64,000 nt of DNA from Deltaproteobacteria bacterium (GTDB taxonomy: Bacteria > Desulfobacterota > Syntrophia > Syntrophales > UBA2210): positions 52,854-116,853 of the forward strand of contig JAFGBH010000008.1 of the NCBI GenBank assembly GCA_016933215.1, in the 5' to 3' direction. Of this stretch, positions 7,690 to 15,743 are shown piece after piece (the first letter of the stretch is position 1; each line of letters begins with the position of its first letter). The notes beneath the pieces are model-generated. The model saw only the letters and a program-made list of their open reading frames with translations. It made no database searches and was not told the origin of the DNA. The translations under genes were made by a program, and so were the position numbers.

Positions 7690-8724
7690 TCAATTCACGA
7701 TCTCGAAGTTGAGAACCCTGAACTCGACCTTTGTTCGCGGGCTCATTGACCCCGATGACGTCGTTAATTTCTGGACGCTGCCGTCAACGCGGCTCGTTAT
7801 TCGCTTGGCTAAGCCCGCAGGAATGAGCCCCTGATAGTGAACAACATCAACATCGATTGGAATACCCTGCGCATCATAGAAAATTATAAGGCAATAGATG
7901 TTCTTAACGTTCTCGCGGAGTTGATTGCGAAGCGACATAGCATATGAGCCGCTTTGTGCGTGAACAAGTTCCCACGTCAGCTGCCCTCCGACTACACCCT
8001 CCGAACCCCTCCCCCCAAGATCGGCAAGGATCGAGCGTTGAGCTTTGGTCCGCTTCGCTTGAGATAGAGGTTTGGCTGGGCCGGTCGTAGTGAGGAGTTC
8101 CCTCAAATAGCGCGAAGGAATCGCGAAATTGAGGTTCTGGCCACCTGTGAAAGTTGCTACTGAAACGCCGATTACTTCCCCCTTGCCGTTCAGCACCGGG
8201 CCACCGCTGCTACCGGGGGATATTGGAGCGGTTATCTGCAGAAGCTTGTCGTTTCCAACCTCTCGGATACTGCTGACGATGCCCTGTGAAAACGTGCCTT
8301 CCAACCCTTGAGGATTTCCAACGGCATAAACTGTTTCTCCGACCTGAACCGATTCACTATTGCCAAGGGCAACTGCTCCTGCACGAGCACCAGAGATTTT
8401 GAGAATCACAAGATCCCGTTCGGGGTCTACGGCGGTAATGCCTTCGATGTCGTATTTTGTTTTCTGACCGACTATTTTTGCGTACCCTCTTGCGGCACCT
8501 TCGACAACGTGTAGATTGGTGGAAACCTCGCTATCACGAACGAAAAAGCCGCTACCCAACGAAAGCGGCTGGCCGTTGGCGTCTTCCATAACAAGGAGGA
8601 CAGTCGAAGTGAATGCCTTCCTGGCGATTTCCTGCGCAGTTTGTGCATATGCCGGGATAGCTCCTATATACAGAAGAAGCACCCAGATCAAGGGTCTTAT
8701 CAAGCCAATTCTTATTCGTGCCAT
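7690..8724 (-). CDS. secreted trypsin-like serine protease (S1/HtrA-like catalytic domain) with an uncharacterised C-terminal domain of about 110 aa
   Basis: Catalytic-type motifs 'TNLHVVEGA' (His), 'DLVILK' (Asp) and 'GSSGGPVL' (Ser). Start chosen at M42 of the ORF (8724), which has RBS AAGGA and is followed by signal peptide 'MARIRIGLIRPLIWVLLLYIGAIPAYAQ'. The ORF-track start is 8847. Confidence 0.75.
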   Translation of the reverse strand: MARIRIGLIRPLIWVLLLYIGAIPAYAQTAQEIARKAFTSTVLLVMEDANGQPLSLGSGFFVRDSEVSTNLHVVEGAARGYAKIVGQKTKYDIEGITAVDPERDLVILKISGARAGAVALGNSESVQVGETVYAVGNPQGLEGTFSQGIVSSIREVGNDKLLQITAPISPGSSGGPVLNGKGEVIGVSVATFTGGQNLNFAIPSRYLRELLTTTGPAKPLSQAKRTKAQRSILADLGGRGSEGVVGGQLTWELVHAQSGSYAMSLRNQLRENVKNIYCLIIFYDAQGIPIDVDVVHYQGLIPAGLAKRITSRVDGSVQKLTTSSGSMSPRTKVEFRVLNFEIVN

Positions 8725-8765
8725 AGTTCTATCCTTTTGGGCGCGGATGAACATTTCGCCGGTTC

Positions 8766-9092
8766 TTATATCCGCATTAATATTTCGGAATGCTTGCCAC
8801 CCTGCCAGCCGGTATTTGATATTTTTACAAAATCGGAATGGCCGCATATCTCACAATACAATTTAAATACCAATGTGAATCCACGCTTTGCCTTACTCTT
8901 ACAGTGGGCGTTGTATTCATTGACTGCTTCTTTCGCATGTTCACCGTATTCAAGGATCCGCATGATTTCACGGTCAGGGCATTTAGGACAGAAGAAATAG
9001 AAATAATCAGTTTCGCCAGTTGCACCCGCCAACCGGCCTTCGCTTATCTGATCAGATCCGTGATACGGTTTTCCATTGTTGAATTTAGACAT
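8766..9092 (-). CDS. small 4-Cys zinc-ribbon protein, unknown function
   Basis: 108 aa with 'CPKC' and 'CEIC' pairs about 45 residues apart. RBS GGAGG lies 7 nt upstream. No attC separates it from the protease, so both are in one cassette. Confidence 0.6.
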   Translation of the reverse strand: MSKFNNGKPYHGSDQISEGRLAGATGETDYFYFFCPKCPDREIMRILEYGEHAKEAVNEYNAHCKSKAKRGFTLVFKLYCEICGHSDFVKISNTGWQGGKHSEILMRI

Positions 9093-9117
9093 GTTTTCAC
9101 CTCCATTTCGATCTTGA

Positions 9118-9186
9118 GCCTAACGCTCTGGCTCACAGGTGAGGGCCGCTTTTTGGCCAGAATCCTTGTGAAGCCAGTTGTTATGT
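9118..9186 (-). other. integron attC site (69 bp)
   Basis: Minus strand: R'' ACATAAC, then AACTGGCTTCACAAGG ... CCTGTGAGCCAGAGC, then R' GTTAGGC (canonical core). Confidence 0.85.
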
Positions 9187-9189
9187 GTT

Positions 9190-9531
9190 TTATTCGTAGC
9201 GACCATCCTTTGCTTTTATCACCTTAATCACATCATCGTGCTTTTGTCCTTCAATAATATCTTTCAGATGAAGAAAGCCAGTTTCCTTAATGTATTGCAG
9301 ATGAATACGCCAACCAGATACTTTATTTATATCCGCTCTATATATTGCCTTCTTATAACCCTTTACGCGATGCAATCGTGTTTTTGGAAAAGAACGAGAA
9401 GAATGGCACGAGTTATCTTCAAACTCAGCAAGAGCCTCTAAAAATTGAACTTTATGCTCATCATCAGGTAACGATTTGACCGCTTCATGTATGATTCCGT
9501 ATTCATCTAACAACGCTTTGATTTGAGCCAT
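9190..9531 (-). CDS. hypothetical protein with a RelE/ParE-like C-terminal region
   Basis: 113 aa. 'LHRVKGYKKAIYRADINKVSGWRIHLQYIKETGFLHLKDIIEGQKHDD' resembles the RelE/ParE core pattern. RBS GAGGAG lies inside the end of the upstream gene. Confidence 0.45.
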   Translation of the reverse strand: MAQIKALLDEYGIIHEAVKSLPDDEHKVQFLEALAEFEDNSCHSSRSFPKTRLHRVKGYKKAIYRADINKVSGWRIHLQYIKETGFLHLKDIIEGQKHDDVIKVIKAKDGRYE

Positions 9532-9533
9532 AA

Positions 9534-9911
9534 CTAATGCTCCTCTGCGTTGTTGGGATTCAATTTATTTTGATATATTGATTCTGCGATGCCTTTGAAA
9601 ACTTTGTCTACTTCTGAATGTCTCACAACATGAAGTAGCGTGATAAGACTTTGCTCAAACAAGGGGTCTTCATCAACGGTCATTATTATTCTTATGTCCC
9701 GATCAACCCGTAACGCATAGAGACTTGATTCATTGTCGCCAGCAAGCTTTAACTTCACTGGTTGATATGCGTGATTATAAAAGTCTCCAGTCTTTTGCTC
9801 CAATAACTGACTATATTGGTTGAGTTTCTGAACTATGTGGGCCTTCTCCTTGTGGGGAAATTTGCCAAGCTCTTTCTCAAACTTTTTTGTTGATTCAAAA
9901 CGTATAGTCAT
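9534..9911 (-). CDS. hypothetical protein, RelE/ParE-superfamily-like
   Basis: 125 aa. 'LYALRVDRDIRIIMTVDEDPLFEQSLITLLHVVRHSEVDKVF' resembles the ParE/RelE beta-sheet core. Confidence 0.45.
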   Translation of the reverse strand: MTIRFESTKKFEKELGKFPHKEKAHIVQKLNQYSQLLEQKTGDFYNHAYQPVKLKLAGDNESSLYALRVDRDIRIIMTVDEDPLFEQSLITLLHVVRHSEVDKVFKGIAESIYQNKLNPNNAEEH

Positions 9912-9925
9912 TTCTACCTATTCTC

Positions 9926-9989
9926 ACATAACGCTGCGGCTTAGCAGCCGCGGCGATCTATCGCGGTCTGCTACAGTCGCTGGTTCGGT
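9926..9989 (-). other. integron attC site (64 bp)
   Basis: Minus strand: R'' ACCGAAC, then CAGCGACTGTAGCAGACCGCG ... CGCGGCTGCTAAGCCGCAGC, then R' GTTATGT. Confidence 0.75.
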
Positions 9990-10001
9990 GTATCATTTAC
10001 T

Positions 10002-10586
10002 TTATTGGTATTCGCTTTTGCATTGGAAATTGTTCTCTAATATATATATATCGGGGTTATTCATTAATGCAATTGGGTTCCACATCCTTGGATCATCGTC
10101 GCCGAGCTCAAAATACCAGGCATCTTTTTCACTGCCATGAACAACATAGACCCAATACCAACGTTCCTTGATACAATTCTTGCATGAAATGGATGCAAAG
10201 CCGAAATATCGATGGCCGTCTTCTCCGTACTTTCCCATCAACTCATTTGGGCCTTGCAAAGACCCAGGCCTTAAGTATGAAGTCTCTTTCCATGGTATAT
10301 GAACTGTATCAATTGGCTTCTTATCTAAATCAAAAATGCCGAAGCCATAAGAAGGTTTTTCTGCTGTAGCATTATTTTCATTTGAAACTGTGTACGTTAA
10401 GGATTTCGGGCTGGAAAAAATTAGATGTAGATCAGGCTTGATGAAATAATCTTTAAGCTGAACATACCCTAGGATCACGGTGAGTAAAATAGAGGGAAAA
10501 ACAAAAATTTGCAAAATGGATGACCACGAGCTAAGCAAATTTGATTTGCGTTCAAGCCATATATTTAACTTTTTAAAAAGTTTCAT
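10002..10586 (-). CDS. membrane-anchored protein of unknown function (integron cassette)
   Basis: Start taken at M24 of the ORF (10586), because upstream residues overlap the attC. One N-terminal TM helix 'ILQIFVFPSILLTVILGYV' is followed by a domain of about 140 aa with no motif I recognise. Confidence 0.5.
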   Translation of the reverse strand: MKLFKKLNIWLERKSNLLSSWSSILQIFVFPSILLTVILGYVQLKDYFIKPDLHLIFSSPKSLTYTVSNENNATAEKPSYGFGIFDLDKKPIDTVHIPWKETSYLRPGSLQGPNELMGKYGEDGHRYFGFASISCKNCIKERWYWVYVVHGSEKDAWYFELGDDDPRMWNPIALMNNPDIYILENNFQCKSEYQ

Positions 10587-10601
10587 TGCGCTTAATTTCC
10601 T

Positions 10602-10731
10602 GCCGAACGGTGCTGTTGAGGAGGGGCGGTTTAAAACTGACAACTTGAAAAACAATAAAGATGGTAATAGAAAGACGAGATTTTTGCCAACCGCCTTTTG
10701 GCAGCCCTCTGCTCAAACAGCTTTGTTATAG
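10602..10731 (-). other. integron attC site (130 bp, long variable loop)
   Basis: Minus strand: R'' CTATAAC, then AAAGCTGTTTGAGCAGAGGG ... CCCCTCCTCAACAGCACC, then R' GTTCGGC. Starts 3 nt after the upstream stop. Confidence 0.75.
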
Positions 10732-10733
10732 GT

Positions 10734-11198
10734 TTAGTTAATACATGTAATTGCAATAATAATTGAGGCTATTAAAGATAAAATATTACCAAATAAAAAA
10801 CGATTATATGCTGTCCTTGTGTTTCTCCCGCCCCAAGTGCTAAGTGCTTTTATTCCTATCCAACCAATTATTGCTTTCCAATACCCTAGAGTCATAAAAA
10901 ATGGAAAAACAACCAATTCAATAATTCCTATAAAAAATGGCAACCAATGGTCATCAATTCTAATATCTCCTGAGTTGCTCAGAAAAGACTCTTTTATTAA
11001 TGACTTGATGTCTCTATCTTTAAATTCGGCCTCGTTTTCTGGCTTGGCAATTTCTCCCTTTACAATGGCTTTTGCTTTGAAAAAGCACAAAATTAGTCTG
11101 ATTATTATCGATAGAGCAACGACGAGTAATATGTAGCAACAACTACTATCAATATTTATAGCCTTAATTATTTCTTCCAGAGAGAGAGATTGTTCCAT
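10734..11198 (-). CDS. small integral membrane protein of unknown function (integron cassette, very AT-rich)
   Basis: About 154 aa with three predicted TM segments (CCYILLVVALSIIIRLILCFF; FFIGIIELVVFPFFMTLGYW; ILSLIASIIIAITCI). ATG at 11198 is preferred over the GTG at 11210. Confidence 0.5.
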   Translation of the reverse strand: MEQSLSLEEIIKAINIDSSCCYILLVVALSIIIRLILCFFKAKAIVKGEIAKPENEAEFKDRDIKSLIKESFLSNSGDIRIDDHWLPFFIGIIELVVFPFFMTLGYWKAIIGWIGIKALSTWGGRNTRTAYNRFLFGNILSLIASIIIAITCIN

Positions 11199-11210
11199 TT
11201 TGATTTTCAC

Positions 11211-11381
11211 CTATAACGGCGAGTTGAGCGGTTCGGCGGCAGGCTGCCGAGCTTGCTCGGCAAGGCTGCTGGCGAATGTGCTCGAACGATTTGTTCGGCC
11301 GCGCGAATCAGCGCGCGGTCGGACTATCGGGCGAGTGCGAAAGCACAACTCGCCGTACGGTCGCGCGCAGCGCGACCGTAC
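11211..11381 (-). repeat. 150-bp structured attC-like element, copy B, plus an adjacent 12-bp-stem hairpin
   Basis: About 90% identical to 7463..7612. Minus-strand end GTTATAG lies 13 nt before the first cassette ATG. Hairpin gtacggtcgcgc-gca-gcgcgaccgtac is at 11355..11381. Confidence 0.7.
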
Positions 11382-11548
11382 AATTAATATACTGGGTTGT
11401 TATTTCCGAAAACCCAAGCAATACTACATCAATCTGTATAAATTAGAAAGTATAAATATAATTATGAAATCATGCATAAATGAACTTTCATCATTGGGTA
11501 TTTTGTGGTAATAAAGACTAAAAACCAAGTAGGTAAAATATAGAGAAA
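11382..11548. other. candidate attI / divergent promoter region
   Basis: AT-rich 167 bp between the intI start and the first attC-like element. Placed by position only; no site was mapped. Confidence 0.35.
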
Positions 11549-12838
11549 ATGGTAACGCCCCTAGATGATAAGCTGCCAGAGTTCCAAAAGTATCTTCTGG
11601 ACAAAAATCTGGTCCCGGCGAAAAATGTGCCGTTCTACGCTTACTGGGTCAGCCGGTTTCTCGAATTTGCCTTAAGAAAGGAATTGTCAGCTTTGGAGTA
11701 TCAAGAGGTTGCGGTCTTAGACTTTTTGAATTCCTTGAAATCGGATGATCGTGTTCTGGATTGGCAGTACAAACAGGCTAATGATTCCATCAGGCTCTAT
11801 TATTTTCATTATCTGAAAAAGACAGATATCCGCTCGACAAAAGCTTTGGCTTCTGACAGTATATCCGAAATAATTAAAGAAACGAAACGCCTGATTCGTC
11901 TGAAACATTATTCATACAGCACTGAGAGAACTTATCTTCAGTGGATTGAGCGTTTTCTTGGGTATACAGGGCAAACATTGAAGAAACCTGTCACTGAGAT
12001 CGATACCTCCGATGTTAAAAATTTTCTCAGTCACCTTGCTATTAAACGGCGCGTTTCTGCTTCTACACAGAATCAGGCATTTAACGCGATTTTGTTTTTC
12101 TTCCGCTCCATGCTTGGAAAAGAAATGGGTGATCTCTCCCAGACAGTCCGAGCGAAACGCGGACAGAAACTGCCTGTTGTCTTTTCGGTAGAGGAGGTCA
12201 AACGGTTATTGGCCTGCATGGACGCTAGAGATCTGCTTATCGCCGGGCTGCTCTATGGTGCGGGATTACGGCTGATGGAACTCGCCCGCCTGAGAGTCAA
12301 GGACATCGATATGGATTTAAATACATTAACCGTAAGAAGCGGCAAAGGAGATAAGGACAGAACCACTATCTTGCCGGCAACGGTTAAAGATCAATTGAAG
12401 AATCATTTAACTAAAGTGAAAAGTTTGCATGAGAGCGATCTTTCTAAGGGATATGGCGAAGTCCATCTTCCTGATGCGCTGAGCAGGAAATATCCCAACG
12501 CCGGCAAAGAATGGGCGTGGCAGTATGTTTTTCCGGCTAACAATCTCTCTGTTGACCCGCGCAGTGGCAGGGTGGCTCGCCATCATATCAGCGCCTCCGC
12601 CATACAGGGGATAATAAAAAAAGCGATCAGGGGGGCCGGTATTCCCAAACACGCATCCGTGCATACGCTACGCCACAGTTTCGCGACACATTTGCTCATG
12701 AACGGCGTTAATATCCGGGAAGTGCAGGAGTTGCTCGGCCATAAAAATGTTGAAACAACGATGATCTATACCCACGTGCTGCGGGATATGTCCAAAGCCC
12801 CGAAAAGCCCATTAGATCTTCTTTTGGAAAGGCAGTGA
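11549..12838 (+). CDS. intI: integron integrase (tyrosine recombinase, IntI family) with an N-terminal extension
   Basis: '[41 protein letters not shown]' is the IntI-specific additional domain. Catalytic region: '[12 protein letters not shown]' and '[16 protein letters not shown]'. Aligns by eye along the IntI1 core. Confidence 0.92.
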   Translation: MVTPLDDKLPEFQKYLLDKNLVPAKNVPFYAYWVSRFLEFALRKELSALEYQEVAVLDFLNSLKSDDRVLDWQYKQANDSIRLYYFHYLKKTDIRSTKALASDSISEIIKETKRLIRLKHYSYSTERTYLQWIERFLGYTGQTLKKPVTEIDTSDVKNFLSHLAIKRRVSASTQNQAFNAILFFFRSMLGKEMGDLSQTVRAKRGQKLPVVFSVEEVKRLLACMDARDLLIAGLLYGAGLRLMELARLRVKDIDMDLNTLTVRSGKGDKDRTTILPATVKDQLKNHLTKVKSLHESDLSKGYGEVHLPDALSRKYPNAGKEWAWQYVFPANNLSVDPRSGRVARHHISASAIQGIIKKAIRGAGIPKHASVHTLRHSFATHLLMNGVNIREVQELLGHKNVETTMIYTHVLRDMSKAPKSPLDLLLERQ

Positions 12839-12876
12839 GTAAAAGGACAATGAACAAAAGGAAGGAGGTTCCGAAG

Positions 12877-13380
12877 ATGCTGATTCCGACAATCATCATG
12901 GGCATACTTGCCGTCGCCCTTTTGTCAATCGCATATATGCGAGGCGAGGGTGAACATATAAGTGGTATGAAGATAGCCCTTACCCTGACTATCGAAATAC
13001 TTCCACTCCTTTTCTTCGCCCTCATCATTGCCGGCATGGTCCAGATACTCCTCCCCCACGACCTTCTTGCGAAATGGGTAGGTGAAGAATCGGGCCTGAA
13101 GGGAATTTTCCTCGGAGCAATAGCAGGCGGTTTCTCTCCCGGCGGTCCATATGTAAATCTGCCCATTGCAGCGGGGCTCCTGCGGGCGGGCGCCAGTGTG
13201 GGAACCATGGTTGCATTCCTGACGGGATGGTCCCTCTGGGCGGTAAGCAGGCTCCCCATGGAGGTCGGTATCCTGGGATGGAAATTTACCCTTATTCGTC
13301 TTGCCTGCACCTTTATCTTTCCTCCTATCGCGGGAATAATCGCGCAGGCACTGTTTTCCGGAGCCAGATACACCATCTAA
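12877..13380 (+). CDS. putative permease (small multi-pass membrane protein)
   Basis: Hydrophobic throughout. ATG at 12877 with RBS GGAGG is preferred over the GTG at 12835. Resembles half-size 'predicted permease' proteins; family assignment is uncertain. Confidence 0.5.
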   Translation: MLIPTIIMGILAVALLSIAYMRGEGEHISGMKIALTLTIEILPLLFFALIIAGMVQILLPHDLLAKWVGEESGLKGIFLGAIAGGFSPGGPYVNLPIAAGLLRAGASVGTMVAFLTGWSLWAVSRLPMEVGILGWKFTLIRLACTFIFPPIAGIIAQALFSGARYTI

Positions 13381-13527
13381 TAAATCCTGAGCACCTATCA
13401 CGGAAGGATCATTTTTCGAGATTTTTAAACGATTCCATCATGGTAGTAACACCCCTCATGAAAAAAACATGGAAATCTTTTCGGGAAAAATGGTATGGGT
13501 ATTTTTTTATGAACCAGACCTACAGAA

Positions 13528-14841
13528 ATGGAGGCGTTAATGAACATAAATTTCAGTAAAAAAGGAATTTTATTACTATTCTTCGTTTTCATCCTGCTTG
13601 CCATACCGGGATTCTACTGCGAGAAAACCGCCTTTTCCGCCGACAGGGAAACCTACAAGAGCTTGAGGCTTTTCAATGAAATCCTCGATATGATCGAAAA
13701 GAACTATGTAGAAGAAGTTGATACCAAGGAGATAATAGACGGCGCAATAAAGGGGATGGTAAAATCCCTCGACCCTCACAGTGAGTATATGAGTAAAGAG
13801 ACCTACGAGGATCTGCAGGTCGGTACAAAGGGCGAGTTTGGAGGTCTGGGCATTGAAATAACGATGAGGGATGACATCCTGACCGTCGTGTCTCCCATTG
13901 AGGATACGCCGGCCTTTGTGGCTGGTATCAAGGCGGGAGATCAGATTATAGGAATAGACGGAAAGACGACAAAGGGCCTTACCATAATGGATGCCGTGCA
14001 CAAGCTCAGGGGGAAAAAGGGGACCACGGTAACGATAACGGTTATGAGAGAGGATTTCGACAAGCCAAAGGATTTCGAAATCGTTCGCGATATTATCAAG
14101 ATAAAAAGTGTCAAGTATAAAATCTATCCGGACAAAATAGGATATATCAAGTTATCGAATTTCCAGGAAACCACGTTAAAAGAACTCAATACAACACTCA
14201 AGGAGATGACCGAAAAAGAGCCTCAGATACAAGGTCTTGTCCTCGATCTTCGAAATAATCCGGGCGGGCTTCTGGATCAATCAGTTGATGTGGCCGACGT
14301 ATTTCTTAAATCGGGAATTATCGTCTCCTCAAAGGGGAGAACGAAGGGAACCGAAAAGATTTACGAGGCAAAGGATGACGGCACGGAACCGGAATATCCG
14401 ATCGTGATACTGATCAATGGAGGTACCGCCAGTGCATCGGAAATTGTATCGGGGGCACTCCACGATAACGGAAGAGCCGTATTGCTGGGCACTCAGACAT
14501 TCGGAAAGGGGTCAGTCCAAATCCTGAGGCCTCTCAAGGACGGCTCCGCATTAAAGCTCACAATAGCACGATATTACACGCCGAAGGGCAGATCTATTCA
14601 GGCTACGGGGATCGCTCCCGATATTCCCGTCGAGTTTATCAAACACAATAATAACGACGAAAAGATCGAGAGATTGAGGGAAAAGGATCTGCAGGGGCAC
14701 ATAGAGGGAGAGTCGGAACTACCCGAAGAATCGGAGGAAGAGAAAGAAACAGACGAACTGCTGGAAGACTTGCAGAAGGATAATCAGTTAAAAAGCGCCA
14801 TAGATATCCTCAAGAGTTGGGAAATACTTAAAAAGATGTAA
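13528..14841 (+). CDS. ctpA: carboxy-terminal processing protease (S41A) with PDZ domain
   Basis: 'GGLGIEI' and 'PAFVAGIKAGDQIIGIDG' (PDZ); 'LVLDLRNNPGGLL' and 'NGGTASASEI' (S41). Confidence 0.9.
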   Translation: MEALMNINFSKKGILLLFFVFILLAIPGFYCEKTAFSADRETYKSLRLFNEILDMIEKNYVEEVDTKEIIDGAIKGMVKSLDPHSEYMSKETYEDLQVGTKGEFGGLGIEITMRDDILTVVSPIEDTPAFVAGIKAGDQIIGIDGKTTKGLTIMDAVHKLRGKKGTTVTITVMREDFDKPKDFEIVRDIIKIKSVKYKIYPDKIGYIKLSNFQETTLKELNTTLKEMTEKEPQIQGLVLDLRNNPGGLLDQSVDVADVFLKSGIIVSSKGRTKGTEKIYEAKDDGTEPEYPIVILINGGTASASEIVSGALHDNGRAVLLGTQTFGKGSVQILRPLKDGSALKLTIARYYTPKGRSIQATGIAPDIPVEFIKHNNNDEKIERLREKDLQGHIEGESELPEESEEEKETDELLEDLQKDNQLKSAIDILKSWEILKKM

Positions 14842-14865
14842 GGGAAACAAGGGTATTTGTAAGAA

Positions 14866-15636
14866 GTGAAAAAGAGAGGAATTTCAACCTGGATTGGTGT
14901 TGCTGTTGCCCTTGTTATTGCTTTCGTAGCATGCACCTCATTATGGAACATCATAAAAGAGAAGGCCGAAGCAGAAAACAGAATCGCGATCGTAATCGAC
15001 GACATGGGGTGCGATGTGTCGCCGGTTTATGAAATCCTTTCGATTGATATACCGATAACCCTTTCCATTCTCCCCTCCCGCCCCTTTTCAATGGAAGCGG
15101 CTGAAAAAGCGCGGAAGAAAGGGAGGGAAATCATTCTGCATCTTCCGATGGAACCCCGCGGCTATCCCGAAGAGAACCCGGGCGAAGGATGCCTGTATAT
15201 CAGGATGAGCCATGAAGAGATAGAAAAGCAGCTTGAAGAGGATATTGCGGCGGTCCCCTTTATCTCCGGTGTCAACAACCACATGGGGTCCAGGTTTATG
15301 GAGGATGAAGACAGGGTCGAGACGGTTTTGAAACAGCTTAAGAAGAAAGAACTTTTTTTTCTCGACAGCCTGACGACGAGAAACTCAAAGGGGAAAAGAA
15401 TTGCTGAAAAAATCGGGACGAAATACATAGCACGGGACGTATTTATCGACAATAATCGAGACTTCATAGAAACCCGTGAACGACTTATCGACATAATAGA
15501 AAAAAAGGACAGGTGGAAAACCCTGGTTTTGATTGGCCACCCCCATACCAGTACCATAGAGGCAATCAGAGAAACCGTCCCTCTTTTCAGGGCCGAAGGC
15601 ATAGAGGTTGTAACCCTCTCCGACTTATTGAACTGA
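14866..15636 (+). CDS. divergent polysaccharide deacetylase family protein (YibQ-like)
   Basis: 'IAIVIDDMG', 'HLPMEP' and 'GVNNHMGS' motifs. Lies downstream of ctpA, as is common. Confidence 0.75.
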   Translation: MKKRGISTWIGVAVALVIAFVACTSLWNIIKEKAEAENRIAIVIDDMGCDVSPVYEILSIDIPITLSILPSRPFSMEAAEKARKKGREIILHLPMEPRGYPEENPGEGCLYIRMSHEEIEKQLEEDIAAVPFISGVNNHMGSRFMEDEDRVETVLKQLKKKELFFLDSLTTRNSKGKRIAEKIGTKYIARDVFIDNNRDFIETRERLIDIIEKKDRWKTLVLIGHPHTSTIEAIRETVPLFRAEGIEVVTLSDLLN

Positions 15637-15738
15637 AGAGCGAGTTAACCCTGCTGCCTGCGGCGGGGTTAGCGAGCGAACAGCAAATAAACCTTTACCT
15701 TAATCCCGTTTATTGGGGATTGCGGGGGAGCTTCAATA
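15631..15738 (-). repeat. dispersed modular hairpin repeat, full copy in inverted orientation
   Basis: The reverse complement reads attgaagctcccccgcaatccccaataaacgggattaaggtaaagg...ttcgctcgctaaccccgccgcaggcagcagggttaactcgctcttcag. Confidence 0.8.
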
Positions 15739-15743
15739 GAGAC

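Larger units (their letters stand above)
5472..12838. mobile_element. chromosomal integron: intI (+ strand), attI region and a minus-strand array of about nine cassettes
   Basis: The IntI hallmark insertion is present. Nine imperfect palindromes follow the cassette ORFs; seven show both the ..AAC (R'') and GTT.... (R') cores on the minus strand, and the two 150-bp elements show only the GTT core. The next ORF starts 13-71 nt after each GTT core. Confidence 0.85.

Noticed and set aside
7463-7693. ORF 7463..7693 (-, 76 aa) and ORF 11200..11511 (+, 103 aa), which cover the conserved 150-bp elements.
   Set aside because: They are read on opposite strands of homologous DNA, so the reading frame is not conserved between the two copies. 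The differences between copies do not preserve a frame. The sequence is dominated by hairpins. It is treated as non-coding.
8725-8847. The N-terminal 41 residues of ORF 7690..8847 (the protease), which overlap the Zn-ribbon gene.
   Set aside because: The internal ATG at 8724 has an AAGGA RBS and is followed at once by a canonical signal peptide. The longer form would overlap the upstream gene by 82 nt and would bury the signal peptide.
15513-15743. The 77-residue N-terminal extension of the TPR protein ORF (15513..17471).
   Set aside because: It overlaps the end of the deacetylase gene and reads through the dispersed repeat at 15631-15738. The ATG at 15744 precedes a hydrophobic anchor.
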